A stretch of DNA of 64,000 nt from an uncultured Actinomycetes bacterium. GTDB lineage: Bacteria; Actinomycetota; UBA4738; HRBIN12. The notes under the pieces were generated by a model. That model was not told where the DNA came from. It saw only the letters and a list, made by a program, of their open reading frames with translations, and did not search any database. Positions 1 to 9,417 of this stretch are shown piece after piece. The position numbers and the translations under genes were made by a program. How positions within the stretch are numbered: position 1 is the stretch's first letter; each line of letters starts with the position of its first letter. Location of the stretch: NCBI GenBank assembly GCA_963704885.1, contig CAVPIB010000004.1:896001-960000 (forward strand), written 5' to 3'.

Positions 1-479
1 ACGTCGGCCTCTTCGCGCTTGGCGAAAGGCTCCAGCACGTAGTCGGCGGGCTCCTGACGACCGGGCGGCCTGCCCACCCCCAGACGCACGCGCAGGAACT
101 CCGGCGTGCGTAGCGCCTGCTGCAGCGACTTCAGCCCGTTGTGACCGGCCGTTCCGCCGCCCGACTTGACGCGGAGCGCGCCGAACGCCAGATCGATCTC
201 ATCGTGGACCGCGATCACGTGATCGGGCGCGATGTCGTGCTTCTTCGCGGTGGACGCATACGAGGGACCCGACTCGTTCATGTAGCGGAGGGACTTGGCC
301 AGCCACAGACGCTCACCGTCGATCGTCAGCTCCGCGACCTCCACAGGGACGAATCGTGCTTTGCGGAAGCGTTCGCCCGCTGTGCTGGCCAGCTCGTCGA
401 CGACCATGGCGCCGATGTTGTGGCGGGTCTTCGCGTAGCGGTCGCCGGGGTTGCCCAGACCGGCGACGAGCCAGGCCAT
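1..479 (-). CDS. pth: Peptidyl-tRNA hydrolase (3' end beyond window start)
   Basis: Manual minus-strand translation from ATG at 479 gives MAWLVAGLGNPGDRYAKTRHNIG, then YMNESG, HDEIDL and GHNGLKS motifs; directly downstream of rplY. Confidence 0.95.
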   Translation of the reverse strand, partial: MAWLVAGLGNPGDRYAKTRHNIGAMVVDELASTAGERFRKARFVPVEVAELTIDGERLWLAKSLRYMNESGPSYASTAKKHDIAPDHVIAVHDEIDLAFGALRVKSGGGTAGHNGLKSLQQALRTPEFLRVRLGVGRPPGRQEPADYVLEPFAKREEAD

Positions 480-482
480 GAG

Positions 483-1184
483 CTAGCTCTCGCCGCCCTC
501 CTCGGCAGCGGGAGCAGGCGCGCCCTCTTCGCCCTCGACGGGAACCTCCTCGCCCTCGACAGGAACCTCCTCGCCCTCTGCGAGCTCGGGAGCTTCCTCT
601 CCGGGGAGCAGCAACTCGGCCTCGGTGCGGAGGGCAGCCGGAGTGATCACCGACAGGACCGCATCCTCGGGGTTCGTGAGCACGGTGACGCCCGCGGGAA
701 CGCCCACGTCCCGAACATGGATCATGTCGCCGATGTTCAGCTCTGAGATATCGACGTCGAGCTGATCCGGGACGTCCTGAGGGAGACACTCGACGAGGAG
801 GTCGCGGAGGTGGTGCTCGACCACGCCGCCCTCTTTCACGCCGACGGCCTCGCCGAACTCGATCACGGGGACGTTCGCCGTGATGGTCTCGGTGCGGGAG
901 ACGGCCAGGAAGTCGATGTGGATCAGCTTGTTGTGGACGTGGTCACGCTGGATCTCACGGGGCATGGCCAGGCGCGCCTTGCCGTCGACGATCAGATCGA
1001 GCAGGACGTTGGAGCCGCCCGAGGAGCGCAGCACGTGCACCATCTCGCGCGAATCCACCGAAAGTGAGATGGATTCCTGGTCGTGTCCGTAGAGCACCGC
1101 CGGCACGCGGCCAGCGGCACGGAGCTTCCGCGCCACACCCTTGCCGGCGTCGCTGCGACGCTCCGCTTCCAGCTTCGTTTCCAT
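483..1184 (-). CDS. rplY: 50S ribosomal protein L25/Ctc
   Basis: GKGVARKLRAAGRVPAVLYG and HIDFL motifs, acidic C-terminal tail; GAAGGA RBS before ATG at 1184. Confidence 0.95.
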   Translation of the reverse strand: METKLEAERRSDAGKGVARKLRAAGRVPAVLYGHDQESISLSVDSREMVHVLRSSGGSNVLLDLIVDGKARLAMPREIQRDHVHNKLIHIDFLAVSRTETITANVPVIEFGEAVGVKEGGVVEHHLRDLLVECLPQDVPDQLDVDISELNIGDMIHVRDVGVPAGVTVLTNPEDAVLSVITPAALRTEAELLLPGEEAPELAEGEEVPVEGEEVPVEGEEGAPAPAAEEGGES

Positions 1185-1270
1185 GGTCGTTCCTTCTGAA
1201 GAGGTCCCCGGGTTCGGCCGCATATGGTACCGGCTGACCGGCGCGAACGACCTGCAGGGATACGCCCAGG

Positions 1271-2251
1271 CTAGACCTGGTTGTCGCCTCGGAAGATCTC
1301 GCTGACGGAGTTGTCTTCGAAGACGGCGCGGAGCGCCATGGCGATCAGCGGGGCGATCGACAGCACCTTCAGCTTGTCGAACTGCCGCTCCTCAGGGATC
1401 GGGACCGTGTTCGTGACCACGACCTCCTCTATAGGAGCCTCCTCGAGCGACTGGCGAGCCTTCCCGGAGAAGATCGCGTGCGTCGCCGCCGCGTAGATCG
1501 GGCCGGCACCCTGCGCCTGCAACGCCTCAGCACCTTTGGCCACCGTGCCGGCAGTGTCGATCATGTCGTCGACCAGCACGCACGGCCGGCCGTCCACCTC
1601 ACCGACGACCGCCATCTCTTCGATCTTGTGCGCCTCTGTGCGCGAGCGGCGCTTGTACATGAACGCCAGGTCCGCATGCAGGTACTTGCGGAGCACCTCA
1701 GCGGTCTTGATCCGTCCGGCGTCCGGCGCCACGATGACCAGGTCGTCGCCCGACAGGCCCAGCGTGTTCTCGAGGTAGTCGGACAAGATGGGCAACGCCG
1801 TCAGGTGGTCGAACGGCGCGTCGAAGTAGCCCTGGATCTGTCCCGAGTGCAGGTCGACCGAGACGATGCGGTCGGCGCCGGCGCTCGTCAGCAGGTCCGC
1901 GACCAGCTTGGCGCTGATCGGTTCGCGTGACAGCGCCTTGTGGTCCTGGCGTGAGTAACCGTAGTACGGGATCACCGCGGTGATGCGCTTGGCAGATGCC
2001 CGCTTCATGGCGTCGATCATGATGAGCTGCTCCATGATCGCCTCGTTGACCGGCTCGTAGTGCGTCTGGACGACGAAGCAGTCGGCGCCGCGCACGCTCT
2101 CCTTCGCCCGGAAGTAGAGCTCGGTGTTCGCGAACCGCCGGATCTCCGCTTCGCTGATCGGTATCCCCAGGCAGTCGGCGATCTCGTTCCCCAGCGCTGG
2201 ATGGATGGTGCCGGTGAACAGCATCATCCGTTTCTTCGTGATGATCTCCAC
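1271..2251 (-). CDS. prs: Ribose-phosphate pyrophosphokinase
   Basis: YYGYSRQD, DLHSGQIQGYFD and VDDMIDTAGT motifs; GTG start with AGGGGG RBS. Confidence 0.96.
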   Translation of the reverse strand: MEIITKKRMMLFTGTIHPALGNEIADCLGIPISEAEIRRFANTELYFRAKESVRGADCFVVQTHYEPVNEAIMEQLIMIDAMKRASAKRITAVIPYYGYSRQDHKALSREPISAKLVADLLTSAGADRIVSVDLHSGQIQGYFDAPFDHLTALPILSDYLENTLGLSGDDLVIVAPDAGRIKTAEVLRKYLHADLAFMYKRRSRTEAHKIEEMAVVGEVDGRPCVLVDDMIDTAGTVAKGAEALQAQGAGPIYAAATHAIFSGKARQSLEEAPIEEVVVTNTVPIPEERQFDKLKVLSIAPLIAMALRAVFEDNSVSEIFRGDNQV

Positions 2252-2261
2252 CGCGATCCCC

Positions 2262-3656
2262 CTAGGCCTTCCCCGTGCGCCGATGTTGGACGTCTTTCCG
2301 CTTGCGATACCCCGGAACATTCTTCTGCTCTCCGCGTTCAACGGCGAGAGCGCCCGCCGGAACGTCCTGCGTGATCACCGACCCCGCTCCCGTGCTCGCG
2401 TCCTTGCCCACCGTGACCGGCGCGATCAACATCGTATCCGAGCCGATCGAGGCGCCGTCCCCGATCACGGAACGGTGCTTGCGGTATCCGTCGTAGTTGA
2501 CGGTGACGGTCCCCGCGCCCACGTTCACGTCCTTCCCGAGGGTCGCATCGCCCACGTAAGCCAGGTGCGGGACCTTCGATCCCTTGCCGATCGTAGCCTT
2601 CTTGATATCTACGAACGGCCCCGCATAGGAGTCATCGGCCATCACGGTCCCCGGCCGGAGCCGCGTGAACGGTCCGACCCTCGCGTGACGTCCGATAGTG
2701 GAGCTCAGCACGACCGCGAACGTGACCTCGGTGCCGTTCCCGATCTGAGAGCCAACGATCCGCGTGGAGGGGCCGATCGTGCATCCAGCGCCGATCCGCG
2801 TGTCGGTCTCCAGGAACGTGTTGGGCAAGATCACGGTTTCCGGGCCGATCTTCACATCGACATCTATGTAGGTGACGGCCGGGTCCACGATCGTGACGCC
2901 GCTCGCCAGATGTGCCTCGTTGACTCGTTCGCGGATCACGCGCTCGACCGCCGCGAGTCCCCCGCGTGAATTGACGCCGAACGTCCCGCCGGTGTCGACC
3001 GGAACGACCGACACCCGCTCGCCCTTGTCCATCAGGATGGGCAGGACCTCATTCAGGTAGTACTCGCCCTGACGATTCTCCCGGTCGACGGCCGGAAGCG
3101 CACGGAAGAGATCCGTGCGTCGGAACACCATGGTGAGCGGCGAGACCTCATGGCTGGCGCGCAGTTCGGCGGGCGCGTCAACGCCCTCCACGATCCGCTG
3201 GAGCCGACCGCGGTCGTGCACCACGCGCGCATATCCGCCCGGCTGATCAAGCTCTGTCACGAAGATCGAGGCTGCGCTCTTCGTTCGCCTATGGAACTGG
3301 ACCAGTCGCTTCACGTCGTCACCGGCGATGGGGTCGAAGTCGCCGCCGGCCACCAGGACATCGTGTGCCCGGCCGACGGCGCGCTCGGCGGCGAGCACGG
3401 CGTGCCCCGTGCCCAGCAGCTCGGTCTGCTCCACGAATACCGGCTTCGGCTTGACGCCCCAGGACCTGACCGCTTCGCGCACCTGGTCGGCGCCGTGGCC
3501 CACCACGATGACGATCCTGGTCGGACGGGCAGCTGACACGGATCGAAGGACGTGCCAGAGCGCCGGACGTCCGCAGATGGGATGAAGCACCTTGGGCGTC
3601 TGCGACTTCAGACGCTTGCCCTTGCCGGCGGCGAGAACGACAGCCGCGAGCGTCAT
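2262..3656 (-). CDS. glmU: Bifunctional UDP-GlcNAc pyrophosphorylase/glucosamine-1-P acetyltransferase
   Basis: LAAGKGKRLKS..PKVLH, GEYYL, hexapeptide repeats, NYDG. Confidence 0.95.
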   Translation of the reverse strand: MTLAAVVLAAGKGKRLKSQTPKVLHPICGRPALWHVLRSVSAARPTRIVIVVGHGADQVREAVRSWGVKPKPVFVEQTELLGTGHAVLAAERAVGRAHDVLVAGGDFDPIAGDDVKRLVQFHRRTKSAASIFVTELDQPGGYARVVHDRGRLQRIVEGVDAPAELRASHEVSPLTMVFRRTDLFRALPAVDRENRQGEYYLNEVLPILMDKGERVSVVPVDTGGTFGVNSRGGLAAVERVIRERVNEAHLASGVTIVDPAVTYIDVDVKIGPETVILPNTFLETDTRIGAGCTIGPSTRIVGSQIGNGTEVTFAVVLSSTIGRHARVGPFTRLRPGTVMADDSYAGPFVDIKKATIGKGSKVPHLAYVGDATLGKDVNVGAGTVTVNYDGYRKHRSVIGDGASIGSDTMLIAPVTVGKDASTGAGSVITQDVPAGALAVERGEQKNVPGYRKRKDVQHRRTGKA

Positions 3657-3722
3657 GGGCTTCTTCGTGTTCTCGGCCAACCGCGCACCCAGAGGTCGAG
3701 GGACACACATCATCGAGGGTGA

Positions 3723-3748
3723 GCGGTCCGCGTGACAAACCGGACCGC
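3723..3748. terminator. Hairpin downstream of tRNA-Gln
   Basis: GCGGTCCG-N10-CGGACCGC inverted repeat just 3' of the tRNA; no clear U-tract. Confidence 0.45.
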
Positions 3749-3756
3749 GGTCGAGA

Positions 3757-3830
3757 TGGTTCCGGGGGGAGGGGTCGAACCTCCATCTAGGGCTCCAAAG
3801 GCCCGCGTCTTGCCGTTAGACCACCCCGGA
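3757..3830 (-). tRNA. tRNA-Gln (TTG)
   Basis: Reverse complement TCCGGGGTGGTCTAACGGCAAGACGCGGGCCTTTGGAGCCCTAGATGGAGGTTCGACCCCTCCCCCCGGAACCA folds as a cloverleaf with anticodon loop CTTTGGA, T-loop TTCGA and encoded CCA; usual position upstream of glmU. Confidence 0.95.
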
Positions 3831-3852
3831 TCGAGGAAGGTCGCGCGACCGA

Positions 3853-4734
3853 TTATCCCGCGCCCGGCGGTCCCGACACGACGAACGAGCCGGGAACCGC
3901 CTCCGCCAACCGGTCGGCGTGCATCATGTGCCGGGCGAGCGCGACCACGGTCGGACCGCTCCCGCTCATGACGGCCCCGAGGGCTCCCGCGTCCAGGAGC
4001 GCCCGCTTCACCTTGGCCACCTCCGGATGACGACGGCTCACGCAAGATTCGAGATCGTTGAAGAGCGCGTGGCCGAGCAACTCCACGTTGCCGGTCTCGG
4101 CCGCGGCCACCAGCGCGCCCGGGTCGTGGCCTGTCGCCCCGCCGTCCTCGTCCCACCATCGATAGGCGTCGGGCGAGCGCGTGGGGAAGTCGAAGGGATG
4201 CACCACCCACCAGGTCGTTACCACAGAGACCGGGACGACTTGTTCGCCGCGACCGCGGATCATCACCGGCTCGTTCGCCAGCATGGCGGGCACGTCCGAT
4301 CCGATCCGTTCGCCGATCGAAAGCAGGGTGTCCAGTCCAAGCTGACAACCCCAGAGTTCGTCCAGCGCCAGCAGCGTGGCGGCCGCGTCGGCGCTCCCGC
4401 CACCCAGCCCGGCGGCCACGGGGATGCGCTTCGCGATCCGGATCTCGGCACCGCGCGCGGGACCCCCGCAGGCCTCGGCGAGGGCGAGCGCCGCTACGAG
4501 CGCCAGGTTCATGCCCCCCGCGTCCGCGGACCCCGCGAGCGAGCTTTCCGTCCGCGCGTCCAACCGCAGGCGATCGGAGTCGGTGACCGTCACCTGGTCC
4601 GCGAGCGAGATCGGCAACACCAGGCTCTCCAGGTCGTGGTAGCCGTCGGCGCGCGCCCCCAGCACGCGTAGGAAGACGTTCAGCTTGGCGTTCGCCTGGC
4701 GCGTGACGGAACGTACGTCGGAGGCGGTCGTCAC
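3853..4734 (-). CDS. ispE: 4-diphosphocytidyl-2-C-methyl-D-erythritol kinase
   Basis: AKLNVFL, DGYHDL, KRIPVAAGLGGGSADAA, MSGSGPT. Confidence 0.96.
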   Translation of the reverse strand: MTTASDVRSVTRQANAKLNVFLRVLGARADGYHDLESLVLPISLADQVTVTDSDRLRLDARTESSLAGSADAGGMNLALVAALALAEACGGPARGAEIRIAKRIPVAAGLGGGSADAAATLLALDELWGCQLGLDTLLSIGERIGSDVPAMLANEPVMIRGRGEQVVPVSVVTTWWVVHPFDFPTRSPDAYRWWDEDGGATGHDPGALVAAAETGNVELLGHALFNDLESCVSRRHPEVAKVKRALLDAGALGAVMSGSGPTVVALARHMMHADRLAEAVPGSFVVSGPPGAG

Positions 4735-5555
4735 GCGAACGCCTCGGCCAGACGGGCGAAGTCCCCGAGGGAGAGCTGCTCGGCGCGGGCGCGCGGGTCT
4801 ATGGCGCTCGCACGGAGAAGGTCGTCCGCGCGCCCTGGGTCCGCGCCCAGCCGGACGACCGCGCTCCGGATGCCTTTACGCTTCTCGGCGAACCCGGCGT
4901 CGACCACTCCCCAGAGCGAGGCCGGATCGGTGTCAACCGGTGGACGCTCGAGGCGGTCCAGGCGGACGACCACAGAGGCGACCTTCGGGCGCGGCCAGAA
5001 CACGGATGGCGGGACGGTGCGAACCAGCCGACCGCGGGCGCGATACGCGACGCGCAGGCTGGCCGGTCCGTAACCTCGGTCGCCGGGCCCGGCCACGAAC
5101 CGCTCGCCCACCTCGCGCTGAACCATGACCACCAGCCGGTGCACCGACGGAGCCCGATCCAGGACCGCGAGCACCACGTCCACCGAGATGTTGTACGGGA
5201 GGTTCGCACAGAGGACCCACGGCCCGCCGTCCGCGAGCTCGGCCCCCCAATCGATCCGCGTGGCGTCGGCAGCCACGACCTCCACTCGCTCGGGTCCGGC
5301 CGTCACCTCGAGGAGCGCCGGCAGCACCGCCCGGTCGAACTCGATCGCTCGGACGTGCGCTCCGGTTGCCGCGAGCGCCAGAGTGAGCGATCCCATCCCG
5401 GCGCCAACCTCCACCACGCGATCGGCAGCGCCCACGTCCGCGTCGGCGGCGATCGCGCGCGCCAGGTTCGGATCGATCAAGAAGTGTTGCCCGAGGGCCT
5501 TCGTCGGATGGATCCCGTGGCGCGCCGCCAGCTCCCGGACTGTCGCAGCGCCCAG
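4731..5555 (-). CDS. rsmA: 16S rRNA m6,2A dimethyltransferase (start uncertain, CTG proposed)
   Basis: KALGQHFLID, EVGAGMG, ANLPYN, MVQREV; the conserved N-terminus lies upstream of the first TTG. Confidence 0.92.
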   Translation of the reverse strand: MGAATVRELAARHGIHPTKALGQHFLIDPNLARAIAADADVGAADRVVEVGAGMGSLTLALAATGAHVRAIEFDRAVLPALLEVTAGPERVEVVAADATRIDWGAELADGGPWVLCANLPYNISVDVVLAVLDRAPSVHRLVVMVQREVGERFVAGPGDRGYGPASLRVAYRARGRLVRTVPPSVFWPRPKVASVVVRLDRLERPPVDTDPASLWGVVDAGFAEKRKGIRSAVVRLGADPGRADDLLRASAIDPRARAEQLSLGDFARLAEAFA

Positions 5556-5576
5556 ACCAGCGCGGCGAGCGCCTCG

Positions 5577-6711
5577 CTACCAGTCGATGCGGACGTCGAG
5601 GACCCCGCGGCCGAGGGGCGCGAGCGCGGAGAACGCCTCGGGCGAGAGGTCGATGATGCGTCCTGCGCCGAACGGTCCCCGGTCATCGATCACGACGATA
5701 ACCGTCCGGCCGGTCGCCAGGTCGGTCACGGTCACGCGCGTGCCGAACGGGATCCAGGGGCTCGCGGCCGTGAACCCGGACCATGGCGGGTCGTACCAGG
5801 TGGCCTGGCCGGTCGCCCGGCTGCCTCCCGAGGCCTCCTTCTGGATGGTGGGGCTCGCGGGGCCGGCGAGCCGGATCTCCGCCCGGGGCGGGCGCAGCAT
5901 GTGCTCGGCCACCGGGCCGCGCGACTCCACGCGGCCGTTCAACCACACCACCGCCTCCGTCGACGTAGGCGAGCCCCGCGCTCCCGGGACTCACGACACG
6001 GACCTCGCCGGGTGCGAGTTCGCTCGTCCACGTGGTCCGCACCGGGAACGGGATCGAAACGAGGTGGGTGGCGGTCAGTTCGCTGACGCGATCGAACGAG
6101 ACGGTCGCGCCGACGTGAAGGGGGGTGCTGGGCAGTGGCAGGACGCGATCATCGACGTCGGGAGCGATCCCCATGGCCGAGAGGAGCTCCCCGGCGGTAC
6201 GAGCGTTGGTGAGGACGTCGTGGACCTTCCCAGCCACGACGGCTCGAACGCTCACCACCGGAGATGTTCCGACGTTCGACGCGGAGGCCGAAGCCTCGAC
6301 GAGCTCCGCCGTGATCCTCACGGCGGGTCCGCTGCTCGTTCCTTCCACCACCCAGACCCCCACACCTGTGAGTGCCTGGAACACCGTGCCGATCCCGGAG
6401 TCGCGCAACGCCGATGGCGCCGCGGGAGCGGGACTGACCACAACGGTCATGCCGTCGGCCAGCACCGTGGCCAACGGCGGCACCACCCGGGTGTCGTGAG
6501 AGAGCTCGATGCCCTCGCCCTCCAACAGATCCCGGACGTTTCCCGAGCTCGTGCTGATCGACTCGACGTGCGAGCCGACGATCAACGTGACGTTCGTCTG
6601 CGCCGCGACATACAGCACGCCGCCGGCGAGCGCGAGACCCGCGGCGAACATGCTCGCCTGGATCGTTCGATGGATCCGCAACCTGCGGACCCGCGAGGGT
6701 CGAACAGCCAA
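5577..6711 (-). pseudogene. Ubiquitin-like (DUF348)-G5-RlpA/DPBB cell-wall protein, frameshifted near 5965
   Basis: N-terminal frame has a TM segment, DUF348-like repeats and the start of G5 (IPFPVRT..GEVRVVSPG); a second frame continues G5 (VWLNG..PP..I..G) and the RlpA domain (GQATWY..DDRGPF..IIDLS). Typical position between tatD and rsmA. Confidence 0.75.
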
Positions 6712-6802
6712 CCTTCCTCCACTCCATCGAGGAAGGCTTCAGGGGGAAGCGGCGTGGCCGGACCGAAGCCATCACGTGCACGGGTCGTGACCCTAGCAAA
6801 CC

Positions 6803-6826
6803 CTCAACCCTCACTGCAATCTTGAG
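6803..6826. promoter_or_regulatory. Candidate palindromic operator CTCAA-N14-TTGAG
   Basis: Imperfect palindrome upstream of the G5/RlpA gene; resembles actinobacterial MerR-family (FtsR-type) sites as recalled. Confidence 0.35.
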
Positions 6827-6902
6827 ACCGAACGCACGTTCGGTGGATAACAGGGGGCATCCGGCGCGTTCTTGTGCCTTCTCGACCGGTTCCGTTCGCT
6901 CC

Positions 6903-7697
6903 CTACAGCAAACCGGGGAACGCCGCGCGAGCGTTCATCGCCGTCGCGGCGACGACCTCGTCGACGTCGTCGCCTCGAACGCGTGCGATCTCGGCGATCG
7001 TCGCCATCACGTTGGCCGGTTCGTTGTCGCGACCGCGCAGTTTCTGCGGCGCCAGGAACGGGCTGTCGGTCTCGACCAAGATGCGGTCCAGGTCGATCAC
7101 CTGAGCGGCTTGACGGAAGTGTTCGTTCTTCGGGTACGTGATGTTGCCGGCGAAGCTCACCCAATATCCACGCGCAGCGCACTCGCGGGCGATGTCGGCG
7201 TCGCCGCTGAAACAGTGGATCACCACCCGCTCCGCCGATCCCTCATCCAGTACTCGAAGGACGTCCGGCCACGCGTCGCGGACGTGCACCACGAGCGGCT
7301 TGCCGGTCTCGTTGGAGAGCGCGATGTGGATCTTGAAGACGCGCTCCTGATCCTCTACAGGCGAGCGCATCCGGAAGAAGTCCAGGCCGCATTCCCCCAC
7401 TCCCAGCACGCGCGGATCGTGGAGCAGCTCCTCGATCCTTGCTCCCGCCTCAGCATCGAAGACACTCGCGTCATGCGGGTGCATACCCGCCGTGGCGAAC
7501 ACCCCCTCGAGCCCGTCCGCCAGCTCTAGCGACCGCCGGCTCGTCTCGGGGTCCACACCGACGCAGATCAGCCGCTCCACGCCGGCGGCCCTCGCAGCCT
7601 CGACCACATCTGGAGGTTCGCGGTCCATCAGGAACAGGTGGCAGTGGGTATCCACCGCCCCCGGCTGCACCCTCAGTTCAGGGTTCTGGTCGCCCAT
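6903..7697 (-). CDS. tatD: TatD family DNase
   Basis: DTHCH, GMHPH, GECGLD, HVRDA, HCFS, ETDSPFL. Confidence 0.95.
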   Translation of the reverse strand: MGDQNPELRVQPGAVDTHCHLFLMDREPPDVVEAARAAGVERLICVGVDPETSRRSLELADGLEGVFATAGMHPHDASVFDAEAGARIEELLHDPRVLGVGECGLDFFRMRSPVEDQERVFKIHIALSNETGKPLVVHVRDAWPDVLRVLDEGSAERVVIHCFSGDADIARECAARGYWVSFAGNITYPKNEHFRQAAQVIDLDRILVETDSPFLAPQKLRGRDNEPANVMATIAEIARVRGDDVDEVVAATAMNARAAFPGLL

Positions 7698-7741
7698 CGA
7701 GCGGCCACGATACCGACTCTCACGCTGCGGTCAATCCGGGG

Positions 7742-7757
7742 AGCTTCACGTGAAACA
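7742..7757. promoter_or_regulatory. parS-like centromere site
   Basis: AGCTTCACGTGAAACA matches TGTTTCACGTGAAACA at 14 of 16 positions; intergenic between tatD and metG. Confidence 0.7.
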
Positions 7758-7797
7758 CGGATCCGGAAAGACTCACCTGCGAGTGGAGGCGTGGACC

Positions 7798-9339
7798 CTA
7801 CTCGGCCTCCAGCCGGGGGAAGAGCGAGGGGCCCTTCGTGGTCCGCGTGCCGGCCTCCAGGCCTCCCCACGCGGCGGCCGCCGGGAGACGTTGGGAACCC
7901 AGGTCCTGCAGGCCGAGCTGAGACCAGAGCTCAGCCGCGGCTCGAGGCATGATCGGAGAGATGAGGACGGCGAGGATCCGGAGCGTCTCGGCGGAGGCGT
8001 ACAGGACGCCCGCGAGCTCGTCGCGGTTCGACTCGTCCTTCGCGAGCTTCCACGGCGACTTCTCGACCAGGTATCCGTTCGCGCGCCCAACGATGTCCCA
8101 CACCGCGGCGAGCGCCGACGACAGATCGACGTCGAGCATGTGCGCATCGAACCGCGCCGCGGCTTCCGCGGTGACGGCCGGGAGGTCCGCCGCGGCATCG
8201 GCCTCGGTTGCCTCGGGAACGACGCCATCGAAGTAGGACCCGAGCATCGCGAGCACCCGGCTCGCCAGGTTCCCCAGCCCGTTCGCGAGGTCTGCGTTGT
8301 GCCGATCGATCATGGACTCCCAGCTGAAGCTGCCGTCCTGACCGAACGTCATCTCGCGCATGAAGTAATAGCGGTATGAGTCCACGCCGAACCGATCCAA
8401 CAACTCGGACGGATGGATGCCCGTGAGGTTGGTCTTCGACATCTTCTTGCCGCCGACCGTGAGGTACCCGTGCGCCCAGACCTGGCTCGGCGGCTCCACG
8501 CCTCCGGCCATCAGCATGGCCGGCCAGTAGATCGCGTGGAAGCGAAGGATGTCCTTGCCGATCATGTGGATGTTGGCCGGCCACATCCGCGCGAACCGCT
8601 CGGGATCGTCCGCGTATCCGGCCGCGGTGATGTAGTTGGTGAGGGCGTCGAACCAGACGTAGGTCACGTGCTCTGGATCCCACGGGATCGGGATCCCCCA
8701 GTCGAACGTGGTCCGGCTGATCGAGAAGTCCTGCAGGCCGCTGCGGATCAGCGAGAGGACCTCGTTGCGACGGGATGACGGCTCCACGGCGCTCGGGGTC
8801 CGCTCGTAGTGCTCCAGCAGGCGGTCGGCGTATGCGGACAGCCGGAAGAAGTAGTTCTCCTCCGTCATGCGCTCGACCGGGCGCTCGTGGACCGGGCAGA
8901 GGCTGCCTTGAAGCAGGTCGGCCTCCACGTAGTAGGCCTCGCACGAGACGCAGTAGAGGCCTTCGTAGGTCCCCAGGTAGATGTCGTCTCGCCCGTTGTC
9001 GTGGACCGCTTGGAGGAGCTTCGCGACGGCGGCGGCGTGTCGCGGCTCGGTCGTGCGGATGTAGTCGTCGTACCCGATGTCGAGGCGAGCCCAAACCTCT
9101 CGCCACTTCGGCTCCATATCGTCGACCCAGGCCTTCGCCGAAGAGCCGGCGGACTCGGCGGCGCGCTGAAGCTTCAGCCCGTGCTCGTCGGTCCCCGTGA
9201 GATGGAAGACCTCCTCGCCACGGAGTCGATGGAACCGCGCGACGAAGTCCGTGGCCACCGCGTCGTACGCGTGCCCGATGTGCGGCACGTCGTTCGGGTA
9301 GTAGATCGGCGTGGTGATGTAGAAGACGTCGCGGCCCAT
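7798..9339 (-). CDS. metG: Methionine--tRNA ligase (short form, no C-terminal tRNA-binding domain)
   Basis: YITTPIYY, HIGH, TGTDEHG, CVSC, KMSKT. Confidence 0.97.
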   Translation of the reverse strand: MGRDVFYITTPIYYPNDVPHIGHAYDAVATDFVARFHRLRGEEVFHLTGTDEHGLKLQRAAESAGSSAKAWVDDMEPKWREVWARLDIGYDDYIRTTEPRHAAAVAKLLQAVHDNGRDDIYLGTYEGLYCVSCEAYYVEADLLQGSLCPVHERPVERMTEENYFFRLSAYADRLLEHYERTPSAVEPSSRRNEVLSLIRSGLQDFSISRTTFDWGIPIPWDPEHVTYVWFDALTNYITAAGYADDPERFARMWPANIHMIGKDILRFHAIYWPAMLMAGGVEPPSQVWAHGYLTVGGKKMSKTNLTGIHPSELLDRFGVDSYRYYFMREMTFGQDGSFSWESMIDRHNADLANGLGNLASRVLAMLGSYFDGVVPEATEADAAADLPAVTAEAAARFDAHMLDVDLSSALAAVWDIVGRANGYLVEKSPWKLAKDESNRDELAGVLYASAETLRILAVLISPIMPRAAAELWSQLGLQDLGSQRLPAAAAWGGLEAGTRTTKGPSLFPRLEAE

Positions 9340-9387
9340 GGTCGGCTCATGGTACCGGCCGGACAGCATCCGATCCGCAGAACGGCC

Positions 9388-9410
9388 CACTAGTCTGATA
9401 CAGACTAGTG
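9388..9410. repeat. Palindrome CACTAGTCTG-ATA-CAGACTAGTG (copy 1 of 2)
   Basis: Perfect 10-bp arms; a near-identical copy is at 43596-43616. Confidence 0.8.
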
Positions 9411-9417
9411 ATAGATC

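Noticed and set aside
483-600. EGEEVPV duplication in L25
   Set aside because: Ordinary acidic low-complexity tail of Ctc-type L25
3757-3830. tRNA as an island integration site
   Set aside because: Flanked by core genes; no integrase or duplicated 3' end noticed
6712-6900. c-di-AMP riboswitch before the G5 gene; DnaA box GGTGGATAA at 6842
   Set aside because: Riboswitch core motifs not seen; a single 8/9 DnaA box is not significant
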